A DNA stretch of 32,000 bases, from NCBI GenBank assembly GCA_049942775.1, contig CP188087.1:480001-512000 (forward strand), given 5' to 3'. A program made the translations under genes and the position numbers. Origin of the DNA: Candidatus Saccharimonadota bacterium. Its GTDB lineage: Bacteria > Pseudomonadota > Gammaproteobacteria > Enterobacterales > Enterobacteriaceae. Below, piece after piece: positions 18,287-30,792 of this stretch (within the stretch, counting starts at the first letter, position 1; every line of letters begins with the position of its first letter). Under the pieces are notes generated by a model. That model worked only from the letters and a program-made list of their open reading frames with translations, had not been told where the DNA came from and made no database searches.

Positions 18287-20446
18287 TTATTTTTCTAAGG
18301 TTACTTCTATTTTTCTATTTTCTAAAATTACTGCCATTATTTTTACAGAAACTAAATCACCTAAAGAATATTCTAACTCACTATTTTTTCCCATTAATGT
18401 TATCTTTTTTGCATCAAAAATATATTTATCCTCTCTTAAAGATGAAACATTCAAAAAAACATCTATTAAAAATTTTTCTAATCTAATTAATAATCCATAT
18501 TTAGTGATATTAATAATCATTCCCGTATAAGAATTATTAATTTTGTTTTTCATAAAATCACATTTCATCCAATCAATAACTTCTCTGACTGCTTCTTCTG
18601 AACGTTTCTCGTTATTAGAACAAATATTTCCTAGTATTTTTATTTCTTCCCTAGAGTAATGACATGAACCATCTAAAGAAGAGGAACACATTCTTTTTTT
18701 ATTTTTTCGCAACAAATATTTAATGGATCGATGTAACAATAAATCAGAATATCTTCTAATTGGGGACGTAAAATGAACATAAGAATCTAAGGATAAACCA
18801 AAATGACCTATGTTTTCTATTCCATAAACAGCTGGTTTCATAGTTCTTAATAGAATCATTTCTATAAAAACACGATCTGACTTATTAGAAACTTTTTTTA
18901 AAATATTTTTATAATTTAATAAATTCAAATTATTATTTTCAGGAAAAACTATATTAAATCTTTTTAATAGCACGAGTTTTAAATAATCTATTTTTTCTAA
19001 ATTAGGAATTGCATGTTCTCTGAATAAAACAGGTTCTTTGTTTTCTTTTACAAAAATAGCAGAAACTGTATTAGCTAATATCATACAAAATTCAACTAAT
19101 TTATGAACAGAATTTCTTTTTTTAATATTAATACTGATCAGCTGAGAGTTTTCTCCTAAAATAAATTTAGAATCATTTGTATTAAACATTATTCTGTTTT
19201 TAAAAAATTTAGAATTTTTTAAAAAAATATACAATTTATTTAAATTATTTAACTCATTCATTATTTTTTTATGTTTTTCAGAAAAAAAACTACTTTCTTT
19301 TTTCCATACCTGATATACTTCAGAATAATTTAATCTACAAACAGATCTAATTACTGCTTCAAAATGATTAAATTTTATAATTTCTCCTGAATTAGACAAA
19401 TATATTTCACAAACCAAAACAAGTCTATCTTCTTTAGGATTTAAAGAACAAATATCAATTGATAATTTTTCTGGAAGCATAGGAATAACTTTTGAAGGAA
19501 AATATATTGAATTACTTCTATTTTTCGCTTCTTTATCTATCTCAGTACCTGGCAAAACATAATGACTAACATCTGAAATTGCAACTAGTATTTTCCATTT
19601 TTTTTTTTCTAATTCAGTACAAAAAATAGCATCATCGAAATCATATGATGATTCATCATCTATAGTTACAAATGGAACGTTTCTTAAGTCAATTCTATTT
19701 AAATATTTTTCCTCAGAAAAACCTTTAGAAATATTTTTTAGTTCTAAATTTATCTTCTGATTCCATAAAAAAGGAATTGATTGAGTTTTCAAAGCAATTT
19801 CAATTGCTAAATCAGTAGTTATGGTTTTACCAAAAATTTCAACAATTTCTCCAGTAGCTTCTAAATCATTTTTAGGTCTTTTAATTAATCTAACCGACAA
19901 AATCATATTATTTAATAATTTTTTTTTTCTATTTATATTTGTATTTATTTTTATTCTAAAAGAATAACGATCATCATTTGGAATAAAATATAACGAATTA
20001 TTACGTTTAATAGAACATCTTCCTACAATTAAAGATTTGTTTTCCTTTAAAACAAAAAATATAATCGATTTGAATCTGTTTTTTCTTTTTTTATCTAATT
20101 TAACAAAAGATAAAACAATATCTCCATGTATGCATTTTTTCATTTGATTTACAGAAACCCAAACATCTTTTTCTAAAGAACTAATTCTAAGAAATCCATA
20201 ACCGTCTCGATTTCCTATAATTCTTCCAATAAAAATGTTCAAAGATCTAAAAAAATCAGAATAAGATTCTATAAATAAATTTAATTGTTGATGTTTTTTA
20301 AACAACCTTATTATTTTATTAATAAACAACTTTTTTTTTCTTGAAAGTTTTTTAAAATATATTGTTGTTTTTTTTTTATTCTTTTCTTTTTTAAATAATC
20401 TAAATTCAAAAAAGAATCGTAGTTTTTGTTTAAATAAGAATTGCAT
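18287..20446 (-). CDS. rnr: ribonuclease R
   Basis: 719 aa. The CSD-like IGNRDGYGFLR, the RNB motifs VTIDDESSYDFDDAIF and HFGLSLDSYVHFTSPIRRYSDLLLHR, and a C-terminal S1-like domain are present. The long basic tail of E. coli RNase R is absent. Confidence 0.95.
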   Translation of the reverse strand: MQFLFKQKLRFFFEFRLFKKEKNKKKTTIYFKKLSRKKKLFINKIIRLFKKHQQLNLFIESYSDFFRSLNIFIGRIIGNRDGYGFLRISSLEKDVWVSVNQMKKCIHGDIVLSFVKLDKKRKNRFKSIIFFVLKENKSLIVGRCSIKRNNSLYFIPNDDRYSFRIKINTNINRKKKLLNNMILSVRLIKRPKNDLEATGEIVEIFGKTITTDLAIEIALKTQSIPFLWNQKINLELKNISKGFSEEKYLNRIDLRNVPFVTIDDESSYDFDDAIFCTELEKKKWKILVAISDVSHYVLPGTEIDKEAKNRSNSIYFPSKVIPMLPEKLSIDICSLNPKEDRLVLVCEIYLSNSGEIIKFNHFEAVIRSVCRLNYSEVYQVWKKESSFFSEKHKKIMNELNNLNKLYIFLKNSKFFKNRIMFNTNDSKFILGENSQLISINIKKRNSVHKLVEFCMILANTVSAIFVKENKEPVLFREHAIPNLEKIDYLKLVLLKRFNIVFPENNNLNLLNYKNILKKVSNKSDRVFIEMILLRTMKPAVYGIENIGHFGLSLDSYVHFTSPIRRYSDLLLHRSIKYLLRKNKKRMCSSSLDGSCHYSREEIKILGNICSNNEKRSEEAVREVIDWMKCDFMKNKINNSYTGMIINITKYGLLIRLEKFLIDVFLNVSSLREDKYIFDAKKITLMGKNSELEYSLGDLVSVKIMAVILENRKIEVTLEK

Positions 20447-20553
20447 TTTATCTTATTTTTTTTTTTATAGAAATTTACTATCATACTATTTTCTCCTGAT
20501 AATAATCATTGAAAATTTACAAAAATTATTTTTGTAAATTATATTATCTTTTT

Positions 20554-21867
<1,314 letters not shown>

Positions 21868-22143
21868 TTAAATATCCTAATTACATACATAAATAATTTT
21901 TTTTAAAAAAGAAAAATTTTTAATAAATCAATTATTAACTAATCTCATAACTAATAATCAATACATTAAATTTAATATTCAAACAAAAAATTTTTTCCAT
22001 ATTAAGAATATGTTTTAAAATTTTTTCATAAAAAACAACTTAAACAATGTTTTTAAATATTTATTAAATACGTCTAAATAAAATAAATACATTTTTATAT
22101 CTTTTAAACTCTAAAAACCAAAAAACAATATCCTCAAAAAAAA

Positions 22144-23094
22144 TTATTTTTTTATCATTTTATTCATAGTTTTTTGGATAAAATATAAAGAACCTAAAAA
22201 ATCGTTACTATCTAAGAAAAACAAATTTTTCCATCGTTTAGACCAAGTAATTTGCTTCTTAGCTAATTTTTTAGTAGCCGCAATTGAACTACTTACCATT
22301 TCTTCATATGTTATTTCATTCAAAAAATATTTCCACATTTGTCTATACCCAATACATTTCATTGAAGGTAAATTAGGATTCAAATCACCTCTAGAAAAAA
22401 ATCTTTTACATTCCAATTCTAAACCAGAAATTAACATATTTTTAAAACGAGATTCTATTTTTTTAAATAATGAATTTTTGTCAAATGGAAATAAAAAAAA
22501 CTGTAAAACAGTATATGGAAAATTGTAAGGAACAGCATTAGAACACAAATTACTCAAAGTCTTTCTAGATTTTAAAAAAACTTCAATAGCACGAAATATT
22601 CTTTTGTGATCGTTTTTATGAATTCTATTAGCTGAAATAGGATCAATAGATCTTAAATACTCATGTGAATATTGAGATTTCAATTTAATATTATTGTCTG
22701 TTTTAAAAAAATAACTTGAACCAGGAAGAGAAGATAAACCATTTAATAAAACTTTAAAATATAACATTGTTCCACCAACTAAAATAGGAATTCGATGTCT
22801 AAAAAAAATTGTTTTTTCTATTTCTTTTAAAGCATCTTTTCTAAAATTTTCTATTGTATAAATATCAACTGGATCACAAATATTAATTAATTTATGAGGG
22901 TAATTTAATAAAATTTTATCATCTGGTTTATCTGTACCAATATTCATTCCTCTATAAATCAAAGCTGAATCAGCACTAATAATATCACAAGAAAAAAAAT
23001 TAGATAATTGAATAGCCAATTTACTTTTTCCACTAGCTGTTGTGCCCATAATAAATACAACGATTGGCAATTTATTTTCATCTATCATCTTCAT
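22144..23094 (-). CDS. miaA: tRNA dimethylallyltransferase
   Basis: P-loop VFIMGTTASGKSKLAIQL, DSALIYRGMNIGTDKP, LVGGTMLYFKVLLNGLS and IGYRQMWKYF match E. coli MiaA. Confidence 0.95.
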   Translation of the reverse strand: MKMIDENKLPIVVFIMGTTASGKSKLAIQLSNFFSCDIISADSALIYRGMNIGTDKPDDKILLNYPHKLINICDPVDIYTIENFRKDALKEIEKTIFFRHRIPILVGGTMLYFKVLLNGLSSLPGSSYFFKTDNNIKLKSQYSHEYLRSIDPISANRIHKNDHKRIFRAIEVFLKSRKTLSNLCSNAVPYNFPYTVLQFFLFPFDKNSLFKKIESRFKNMLISGLELECKRFFSRGDLNPNLPSMKCIGYRQMWKYFLNEITYEEMVSSSIAATKKLAKKQITWSKRWKNLFFLDSNDFLGSLYFIQKTMNKMIKK

Positions 23095-23446
23095 AAAATT
23101 TTTATTACTTTTAAAAAATATATAAAATTTCTTTTTACAAAAAATATAAAAATCAAAATATTATCGATATTTATTTAAATTTTGTAACTAATTATTAACA
23201 AAAAAAACTAAAAATATAACTATATTAAGTTTTAAATATATATATAAAAATATGATCAATTAATTGATTTAATTTAAATTAAAATTTAGATTTTTGAAAA
23301 AATATTTATATATAATTCAAAAAATTTTAAATTTAAATTAATTAATAGGAAAAATAAAATTTTAAATATTTAAATATAAAAAACAAAAAATAATCATTTT
23401 TTGTAAATATTTTAAATATTTTCAAAAAACATATTTGTTTATTAAT

Positions 23447-25102
23447 TTAACTAATCCAAGAAAAATAAGTATTAATCAAATTTCTAGTAGAAGAATCATA
23501 ATGAATAGAATTAGAAATTCTATTTGATTCTAAAGTCTTAAAAATATTATTTGCTACTTTTTTTCCTAATTCTACACCCCATTGATCAAAACTAAAAATA
23601 TTAAATATTATTCCTTGAGTAAAAACTTTGTGTTCATAAATAGCTAATAATAATCCTAAATTATATGGAGTAATTTTATCGAATAAAAAAGAATTAGACG
23701 GTCTATTTCCTTCAAAAATACGAAATTGAATCATTCTATCTATTTCTTTTATTTCTATCTTTTCATTTAATAATTCTTCTTTTAAAGTCTTTATAGACTT
23801 TCCAAAAGCTAAAGATTTTGTTTGAGCTAAAAAGTGAGAAAACAATCTTTTATGATGATCGAGTAATTTATTATGTGTATTTACCGAAGCAATAAAATCA
23901 GAAGGTATAATTTTAGTTCCTTGATGCATCAATTGATAAAATGCATGTTGTCCATTAGTTCCGGCTTCTCCCCAAATAATTGGTCCTGTTTGCCAATTTA
24001 CTTTCATTCCATTTCTATTTACTGATTTACCATTAGATTCCATGTTTAATTGCTGTAAATAAGTAGCTAATTTATGCAAATTTTGATCATAGGCAAAAAC
24101 AGCTTCTGTTTCATATTTAAAAAAATTATTATACCAAATTCCAATCAATGCTAGTATAACAGGGATATTTCTTTCCAAATCTGTAGTTAAAAAATGCTTA
24201 TCCATAGCATGTGCACCAGATAATAAATCAACAAAATTTTTAAAACCAATAGAAAGTATTATACTAAGTCCAATTGAAGACCATAAAGAATAACGGCCTC
24301 CAACCCAATCCCAAAACTCAAAATAATAATCTTTAATTATTCCAAATTTTACCACTTCTAAGAAATTCATTGATAATGCTATAAAATGTTTGCTGATAAA
24401 TTGAGCATTTCCTGTTTTTTCTAAAAACCAATTTCTTGCTGTATAAGCATTTATCATAGTTTCTTCTGTAGTAAATGTTTTAGATGCTATTAAAAATAAT
24501 GTAGTTTTCGGATTAATTTTTTTTAAAACTTGACTAATATGAGTACCATCTATATTGGACACAAAATGTACATTTAAATGATTTCTGTATGGAGATAAAG
24601 CATCTATAATCATATTCGGTCCTAAACTAGAACCACCTATTCCAATATTTACTATATCTGTTATTGTTTTTCCTGTATATCCTTTGATGTGACCTGAAAT
24701 AACTTCTTCTGAAAATTGATTCATTTTTTTTAAAACATAATTTACTTTAGGAACAATATTTTCTCCATTTACTAAAATAGATTTTTTATCTTTATTTCTT
24801 AAAGCGATATGTAAAACTGATCTATTTTCTGTAAAATTAATTTTATTACCGTCGAACATTGACTGAATTTCTTTTTCTAAATTCATCTCTCTTGCTAATT
24901 GTATCAAATAAGTGATTGTACATTTTGTAATTTTATTTTTAGAAAAGTCTATTAACATTTTATTTTTAAAGAAAAAAGAAAAATTATCAAAACGAGAAGA
25001 ATCGTCTTTAAACAAATCTTTTAAATGAATATTTTTTATTTCGTTAAAATGTAATTTTAAATTTTTCCAAGACTGAGTAGAAATAGGATCAATATATTTC
25101 AT
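23447..25102 (-). CDS. pgi: glucose-6-phosphate isomerase
   Basis: 551 aa. [56 protein letters not shown] and [15 protein letters not shown] are canonical PGI motifs. Confidence 0.97.
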   Translation of the reverse strand: MKYIDPISTQSWKNLKLHFNEIKNIHLKDLFKDDSSRFDNFSFFFKNKMLIDFSKNKITKCTITYLIQLAREMNLEKEIQSMFDGNKINFTENRSVLHIALRNKDKKSILVNGENIVPKVNYVLKKMNQFSEEVISGHIKGYTGKTITDIVNIGIGGSSLGPNMIIDALSPYRNHLNVHFVSNIDGTHISQVLKKINPKTTLFLIASKTFTTEETMINAYTARNWFLEKTGNAQFISKHFIALSMNFLEVVKFGIIKDYYFEFWDWVGGRYSLWSSIGLSIILSIGFKNFVDLLSGAHAMDKHFLTTDLERNIPVILALIGIWYNNFFKYETEAVFAYDQNLHKLATYLQQLNMESNGKSVNRNGMKVNWQTGPIIWGEAGTNGQHAFYQLMHQGTKIIPSDFIASVNTHNKLLDHHKRLFSHFLAQTKSLAFGKSIKTLKEELLNEKIEIKEIDRMIQFRIFEGNRPSNSFLFDKITPYNLGLLLAIYEHKVFTQGIIFNIFSFDQWGVELGKKVANNIFKTLESNRISNSIHYDSSTRNLINTYFSWIS

Positions 25103-25631
25103 ATTTTAGTTCTCATAAAATATTTAAAAAAATCAAGTTTTAAATAATTAAAAAAATATTTTTTAGCAATCATAAAAATTCTATTTTTTATAAATTAAAA
25201 TTCTTTTTGTTCTTACTTTGATTTTATCATTAAAATTTATATTTATTTAAATAAATACTAATTTTATTTTTATCAATGAGAAAAATTTTTTAAAGAAATT
25301 AAAATAGCAAATTTAAAAAATTATTACTTGTTACAAAAATGTTTTCTTAATATTAAAAAAGAAAAATTCTAAGTTAGTTTTTTAAAAAAAATTTTGTCAA
25401 CAAAATAAAACATAATTTTAAACTAGTTGCTAATAATACAATATTAAAATATTGTTATTCATATAATACATCTAATAAAAAAATTTAGTTTTAAAAAATT
25501 GATTTCAATTATTTTTTCTTAAAAAAAACAATACTTACAAAAAATTTAATAATTTTCTTTTAATTTACAAAATTTTATTTAACAATAAATTTTTTATCTA
25601 AAGTGTTATTATATTTTAAAAAAATAAAAAA

Positions 25632-26174
25632 ATGAAAATTAATAAAAAAAATTTAATTTGGATAGATTTAGAAATGACCGGGTTAAATCCAGAAAAAAAT
25701 AAAATACTTGAAATAGCAACTGTAGTAACTAATTATAAATTAAAAATAATGGACGAAGGACCACTAATTCCTATTTTTCAAAAAAAAAAAGAAATTAAAA
25801 AAATGAAAAAACCAATTTTTGAAATGCACAAAAAAAATGGATTAATAAAAAGAGTCAAAAATAGTTCTTTTAATGAAAATCAAGCAGAAAATTTAACTAT
25901 TAATTTTTTAAAAAAATGGGTTCCCAAAAATATGTCACCAATGTGCGGAAATACTATTGCACAAGATAGAAGATTCTTATTTAAATATATGCCAAAGTTA
26001 GAACAATATTTTCATTATAGATATATTGACGTTAGTACAATTAAAGAATTAATGCTCCGATGGAAATCAAAAAAAATAAAAACTAAAAAAAAAAAAACTC
26101 ACTCGGCATTAATCGATATTTATGAATCTATAGAAGAATTAAAATTATATCGAAAACATTTTTTTAAATTTTAA
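25632..26174 (+). CDS. orn: oligoribonuclease
   Basis: [27 protein letters not shown] aligns with E. coli [63 protein letters not shown] aligns with [36 protein letters not shown]. Confidence 0.96.
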   Translation: [180 protein letters not shown]

Positions 26175-26261
26175 TTAAATTCAAAAAAAATCTTTAAAGA
26201 AACCTATCTTGCAAAAAAAAATTGTCTAACATATAATACTTATTTGTATTTTTTATTTTAT

Positions 26262-26334
26262 GCGGGGATAACTCAGTTGGTAGAGTACAACCTTGCCAAG
26301 GTTGAAGTCGCGAGTTCGAATCTCGTTCCCCGCT
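26262..26334 (+). tRNA. tRNA-Gly (anticodon GCC), no encoded CCA
   Basis: GCGGGGATAACTCAGTTGGTAGAGTACAACCTTGCCAAGGTTGAAGTCGCGAGTTCGAATCTCGTTCCCCGCT is close to E. coli glyV/X/Y. It lies directly downstream of orn, as in E. coli. Confidence 0.95.
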
Positions 26335-26359
26335 AATAATTTTTAAAAATTTTTAGAAC

Positions 26360-26563
26360 TTAGAAAAAATTGAATTTTTTATTAAATTTTTCAATTCTAC
26401 CTCCTGTATCAGCATTTCTTTGTTTTCCGGTGTAAAATGGATGACACTCCGAACAAACATCTAAATGAATATTTTTTCCAATTGTAGAAAAAATTTTTCT
26501 TTTACTACCACAAGAACAAAAAGCCACAACTTCGCTATAATTCGGATGAATTTTTTTTTTCAT
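26360..26563 (-). CDS. rpmE: 50S ribosomal protein L31
   Basis: The track start (26569) is a TTG. The ATG at 26563 gives [20 protein letters not shown]...[16 protein letters not shown], compared with E. coli L31 [20 protein letters not shown]...LDVCSKCHPFFTGKQR. AAAGGG lies 6 nt upstream. All four Zn-ribbon Cys are kept. Confidence 0.95.
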   Translation of the reverse strand: MKKKIHPNYSEVVAFCSCGSKRKIFSTIGKNIHLDVCSECHPFYTGKQRNADTGGRIEKFNKKFNFF

Positions 26564-26627
26564 TATCAACCCTTTAATTTAATTATTATTAATTATTTTT
26601 ATTTAAAATTAAAAAAATAAAATTTTA

Positions 26628-26677
26628 ATTTATTAAAAATAAAAATCTAAAAATTTATTAAAAATAAAAATCTAAAA
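26628..26677. repeat. perfect 25-bp tandem direct repeat x2 (plus a partial third copy at 26682-26688) in the rpmE/hslV divergent spacer
   Basis: ATTTATTAAAAATAAAAATCTAAAA occurs at 26628-26652 and again, identical, at 26653-26677. ATTTATT recurs 4 nt later. Confidence 0.85.
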
Positions 26678-26737
26678 AAAAATTTATTGATTAAATTTTG
26701 TAATCTAAATAAAATTTACATAATATAAAAAATATAG

Positions 26738-26763
26738 AAAAAAAAAAAAAAAAAAAAAAAAAA
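26738..26763 (+). repeat. poly(A) homopolymer, 26 nt, 88 nt upstream of hslV
   Basis: Direct count, confirmed by the antisense track ORF 26691..26942 (Y-F8-S requires 26 T on the minus strand). Confidence 0.92.
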
Positions 26764-26850
26764 TAACTGCTTATTTTTTTTATTAAAATTTGATTAAATT
26801 TTAATAAAAAAAATAATTTAAAAAAAATACTTTTTAAAGAAATCTTATTT

Positions 26851-27381
26851 ATGACAACAATTCTAAGTCTTAGAAAAAACAAAAAAGTAGTTATTGGCGG
26901 TGATGGACAAGCTACTTTAGGTAATACAATTATGAAAAGCAACGTAAAAAAAATAAGATCACTCTATCATAACAAAATCATTGCTGGTTTTGCTGGTGGA
27001 ACAGCTGATGCTTTTACTTTATTTGAACTTTTTGAACAAAAATTAGAAATATATCAAGGTCAAATAAAGAGATCCGCAATAGAATTAGCAAAAGATTGGA
27101 GAAGTGATCGAATTTTAAGAAAATTAGAAGCATTACTTGCTGTTGCTGATAATAAAAATTCATTAATAATAACAGGAAACGGAGATGTTATACAACCAGA
27201 AGATGATTTAATCGCCATAGGATCTGGCGGATCATTCGCACAAGCAGCGGCTCGTGCATTATTAGATAACACAAATCTAGAACCATCAGAAATAGTAAAA
27301 AAATCATTAAATATTGCTGCAAATATTTGTATATATACTAATCACAACATTCTTATTAAAGAATTACCTTCAGAAAAGTAA
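26851..27381 (+). CDS. hslV: ATP-dependent protease subunit HslV
   Basis: [36 protein letters not shown] aligns with E. coli [36 protein letters not shown]. The N-terminal Thr nucleophile is retained. Confidence 0.97.
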   Translation: MTTILSLRKNKKVVIGGDGQATLGNTIMKSNVKKIRSLYHNKIIAGFAGGTADAFTLFELFEQKLEIYQGQIKRSAIELAKDWRSDRILRKLEALLAVADNKNSLIITGNGDVIQPEDDLIAIGSGGSFAQAAARALLDNTNLEPSEIVKKSLNIAANICIYTNHNILIKELPSEK

Positions 27382-27391
27382 GGATCACTCT

Positions 27392-28735
27392 ATGTCTGAA
27401 ATGACTCCTAGAGAAATTGTACAAGAACTTAATAAATACATTATTGGTCAAGAAACTGCAAAAAGAGCAGTATCAATTGCGCTTCGAAACCGATGGCGTC
27501 GCATGCAGTTAAATAATGAATTAAAAAATGAAATCACCCCAAAAAATATATTAATGATAGGGCCAACGGGGGTTGGTAAAACAGAAATTGCTAGAAGATT
27601 AGCAAAATTAGCTAATGCACCTTTTATAAAAGTAGAAGCTACCAAATTTACTGAAATAGGATATGTTGGAAAAGAAGTAGATTCAATAATTAGAGATTTA
27701 ACCGATTCAGCTATAAAGATGATTCGAATACAAGAAATAAAAAAAAATAAAAAAAAAGCAATAAAATTGGCTGAAGAAAGAATATTAGATGTTCTCGTTC
27801 CATTACCAAAACAGAATTGGGAAAAAAACGAATCTGAAAAAAAACCAGAATCTACAATACAAATATTTAGAAAAAAACTACAAGAAGGAAAACTAAAAGA
27901 TAAAGAAATTGAAATTAATGTTGCTGCAATACCTGTTGGAGTTGAAATTATGGCTCCTCCTGGAATGGAAGAACTAACTAATCAATTGCAATCTTTGTTT
28001 CAAAATTTGAGTGGTAGAAAAAAAAATAGAAGAAAGCTAAAAATTAAAGATGCAATGAAATTATTAGTAGAAGAAGAAGCTGCTAAACTCGTCAATTTAG
28101 AAGATATAAAACAAAAAGCAATTAATGCTGTAGAGCAGCATGGAATTGTATTTATTGATGAAATAGATAAAGTATGTAAGAGAGGAAATTCTTCTTCTAA
28201 TGGAACAGATGTCTCAAGAGAAGGAGTACAAAGAGATTTGCTTCCTTTAGTAGAAGGTTGTACTGTTTCTACAAAACATGGAATGGTAAAAACTGACCAT
28301 ATTTTATTTATTGCCTCTGGAGCATTTCAAATCGCAACTCCAGCTGATTTGATTCCAGAATTGCAAGGACGTCTTCCTATTAGAGTAGAGTTAAAAGCAT
28401 TGACAATAGAGGATTTTGAAAGGATATTAACAGAACCTAATGCTTCTATTACAGTTCAATACAAAGCACTTTTAAAAACTGAAGGAATAAATATTAATTT
28501 TACTACAGAAGGAATAAGAGCTATTGCAGAAGCTGCTTGGAAAGTAAATGAATCTATGGAAAATATAGGAGCTAGAAGATTACATACAATCTTAGAAAAA
28601 TTAATGGAAGATATTTCTTTTTATGGATTAGAAAAATATAGTTCAACTGAAGAAATTAAAATAGACCCATCTTATGTAGGAAAGCATTTAAATAAATTAG
28701 TATTTAATAAAGATTTAAGTAGATTTATTCTATAA
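27392..28735 (+). CDS. hslU: ATP-dependent protease ATPase subunit HslU
   Basis: The ATG at 27392 is preceded by [42 protein letters not shown], Walker [35 protein letters not shown] and Walker [11 protein letters not shown] are present. The track ORF start 27314 is an out-of-context upstream extension overlapping hslV. Confidence 0.97.
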   Translation: MSEMTPREIVQELNKYIIGQETAKRAVSIALRNRWRRMQLNNELKNEITPKNILMIGPTGVGKTEIARRLAKLANAPFIKVEATKFTEIGYVGKEVDSIIRDLTDSAIKMIRIQEIKKNKKKAIKLAEERILDVLVPLPKQNWEKNESEKKPESTIQIFRKKLQEGKLKDKEIEINVAAIPVGVEIMAPPGMEELTNQLQSLFQNLSGRKKNRRKLKIKDAMKLLVEEEAAKLVNLEDIKQKAINAVEQHGIVFIDEIDKVCKRGNSSSNGTDVSREGVQRDLLPLVEGCTVSTKHGMVKTDHILFIASGAFQIATPADLIPELQGRLPIRVELKALTIEDFERILTEPNASITVQYKALLKTEGININFTTEGIRAIAEAAWKVNESMENIGARRLHTILEKLMEDISFYGLEKYSSTEEIKIDPSYVGKHLNKLVFNKDLSRFIL

Positions 28736-28779
28736 TCATTAGATGTTAAAAATAATTGACAATTCCTTTAGAATATTTT

Positions 28780-28811
28780 TTACCTATCTTCAAAACAATT
28801 AAGATAGGTAA
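28780..28811 (+). terminator. hairpin downstream of hslU (candidate hslVU terminator)
   Basis: 11-bp perfect inverted repeat TTACCTATCTT (28780-28790) / AAGATAGGTAA (28801-28811) with a 10-nt loop, followed by TTATT. It is located 45 nt after the hslU stop and 29 nt before fpr. Confidence 0.55.
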
Positions 28812-28839
28812 TTATTAAAAAAAATAGAGAACAAATAAA

Positions 28840-29598
28840 ATGAATTGGATAATTGGAAAAATATATAAAATAAAAAGATGGAATGAAAAATTATTTACTT
28901 TAATTATTCATGCTTCTATTGATCCTTTTAAGGCAGGACAATTTACTAAATTGGCTATTTTTGATAATAAAAAAAAAAAAATATCTATTCAAAGAGCTTA
29001 TTCTTTTGTAAATCCTCCAAAAAAAAAAAATTTAGAATTTTATATTCTATTAATTCCTAACGGAAAACTAACTAATTATTTGTATAATTTAAAACCATCA
29101 GAAAAAATTTTAATAAGTAAAAATTCGTTTGGTTTTTTTACAATAGATAAAATTAAAAATTGTGAAAATTTATGGATGATTTCAACAGGTACAGGTATTG
29201 GTCCTTATATTTCGATATTACAAGATAATATATGGAAAACAAAATTTAAAAGAGTTATTATTGTTAATGCAGTAAGATATAAAAGTGATTTAATTTATTT
29301 ACCAATATTAAAGAAGATAAAAAAAGAAAACAAAGAAAGAATAAAAATAATTACAATTATTAGTAGAGAAAAATTTTCTAATAAACAAATCTTAAAAAAA
29401 AGAATACCTAATTTAATTAAAAACAACATTTTGGAAGAAAAAGTTGGAATAAAAATTAATTCAGAAAATTCACATGTAATGTTATGTGGTAATCCAAACA
29501 TGGTTAGAGAAACAAAACAAATATTACAAGAAGAAAAAAAGTTAACAAAAAATTTAATAAGAAAACCTGGACAAATTACTACAGAAAACTATTGGTAA
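28840..29598 (+). CDS. fpr: ferredoxin/flavodoxin-NADP(+) reductase
   Basis: PFKAGQFTKLAI, QRAYSFVN (the RxYS FAD motif), LWMISTGTGIGPYISIL, SHVMLCGNPNMVRET and the C-terminal TTENYW match E. coli Fpr (PFTAGQFTKLGL, QRAYSYVN, LWMLATGTAIGPYLSIL, SHVMLCGNPQMVRDT, TAEHYW). Confidence 0.95.
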   Translation: MNWIIGKIYKIKRWNEKLFTLIIHASIDPFKAGQFTKLAIFDNKKKKISIQRAYSFVNPPKKKNLEFYILLIPNGKLTNYLYNLKPSEKILISKNSFGFFTIDKIKNCENLWMISTGTGIGPYISILQDNIWKTKFKRVIIVNAVRYKSDLIYLPILKKIKKENKERIKIITIISREKFSNKQILKKRIPNLIKNNILEEKVGIKINSENSHVMLCGNPNMVRETKQILQEEKKLTKNLIRKPGQITTENYW

Positions 29599-29717
29599 TT
29601 TAGTTATGTATAAATTTTTTTTTAAATTATTTTTTCGAAAGAATCTTATTTATAGATAATTTTTTTAAAATAATTTAAAAATAAATCAATTAATTTAAAA
29701 TTAAATAAAACCTCTTA

Positions 29718-30713
29718 TTAACTTTTTTTAATTGGAAAAGTAAGAACATTATTTATGTTCTTTGAATTTGTTAAAATCATAATTAATCTATCTATCCCAA
29801 TAGCAATTCCAGAATATAAAAAATTAGTTTTTTTAATTGAATTAACAAAAAATTTATCAATAGAATAAACAGATAATCCTATTTTTTTTCGAGATAAATT
29901 ATGATTTTCAAAAATTTCTTTTTGACGATCAAAATCAGTTAATTCTTCGCAACCATTACCTAACTCTAAACCTTTAAAAAAAACTTCAAATCTATTAGCT
30001 AACCTAGAATCATTAGAGTTTATAATCGAATTTTGAGACTGAGAAGCAGGATAATGATATACTATAATTGGATTTTCAAGTCCTAAAACAGGTTCTATAG
30101 CCAGCGAAAAAATTAATTCTAATAAATGATCATTGTTTATTTCAGTTTTATTTTTTAAGTTAATATTCGAAAAAATAACATCATCTTGAATTCCAAGATT
30201 TTTAGATTTTTCTATTAAATCTTTTTTGGAAACCGATAAAGGGTCAATTCCAATTACGTTAAGATAAATGTTTCTGTAAGAGATTGTTTCTACAAATTTA
30301 CAACATAAAATTTTTTTTAAAAAAAAAGTTACCTCTTCAATTAAATTGAACATATTATACTTTGGACGATACCATTCTAGAATAGTAAATTCTGGATTAT
30401 GATAGTTTCCAATTTCCCCATTTCTAAAACTATGACAAATTTGATATATTGATCCACTACCTTCTGAAATCATACGTTTCATATGATACTCTGGACTAGT
30501 TATCAACCACATTTTTTTTTTTTTTTTACAATAAGATTTTTTTCCTACTTCAGTAATAAAATGAGTTTTAAAAGAACTTAAATGAACTTCAGTAGTTCTA
30601 TAATTAGAAATTAAAGGAGTTTCTACTTCTAAAACATCTAAATTCAAAAAAAATCTTCTTATGCTTGATATAATTTCAGCTCTTTTTTTTATTTTTTTAA
30701 ACAAAGTGTTCAT
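29718..30713 (-). CDS. epmA: elongation factor P--(R)-beta-lysine ligase (PoxA/GenX)
   Basis: RAEIISSIRRFFLNLDVLEVETPLIS, WLITSPEYHMKRMI, ICHSFRNGEIGNYHNPEFTILEWYRP, RFEVFFKGLELGNGCEELTD and SGIAIGIDRLIMI are colinear with E. coli EpmA class-II aaRS-like motifs. The CDS contains an in-frame A16 tract (K5). Confidence 0.94.
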   Translation of the reverse strand: MNTLFKKIKKRAEIISSIRRFFLNLDVLEVETPLISNYRTTEVHLSSFKTHFITEVGKKSYCKKKKKMWLITSPEYHMKRMISEGSGSIYQICHSFRNGEIGNYHNPEFTILEWYRPKYNMFNLIEEVTFFLKKILCCKFVETISYRNIYLNVIGIDPLSVSKKDLIEKSKNLGIQDDVIFSNINLKNKTEINNDHLLELIFSLAIEPVLGLENPIIVYHYPASQSQNSIINSNDSRLANRFEVFFKGLELGNGCEELTDFDRQKEIFENHNLSRKKIGLSVYSIDKFFVNSIKKTNFLYSGIAIGIDRLIMILTNSKNINNVLTFPIKKS

Positions 30714-30792
30714 ATGTGTTATTTTAATTAATTATGTTTTATAATTTTTTTATTTATAAAAAAGTATTTAATAAATATCATTTATGAAGTAT

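Noticed and set aside
20447-20497. Strong AGGAG plus ATG (ATG at 20484) upstream of rnr, separated from the annotated start by an A11 tract; considered as a slippage-dependent true start
   Set aside because: The upstream ATG is out of frame (38 nt offset). Adding one A to the tract gives an immediate in-tract TAA, and removing one gives ATA-AGA-TAA. Neither shift fuses it to rnr. At most it is a tiny uORF or a relic.
20514-20540. 12-bp inverted repeat AATTTACAAAAA/TTTTTGTAAATT downstream of purA. Similar A/T palindromes occur at 23255-23268 (ATCAATTAATTGAT) and 18268-18284.
   Set aside because: They are almost pure A/T. Such palindromes are expected by chance at this composition, have negligible stem stability, and lack flanking U tracts.
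26691-26850. Search for a sigma-32 promoter upstream of hslVU
   Set aside because: There is no CCCCAT-like -10 element. Only generic TTGATT/ATAATT-type matches occur, and these appear everywhere in 90% A/T DNA, so no promoter is called.
27314-27391. Upstream extension of hslU overlapping the end of hslV
   Set aside because: There is no homology before [10 protein letters not shown]. The ATG at 27392 has an AAGGA Shine-Dalgarno and matches the E. coli HslU N-terminus.
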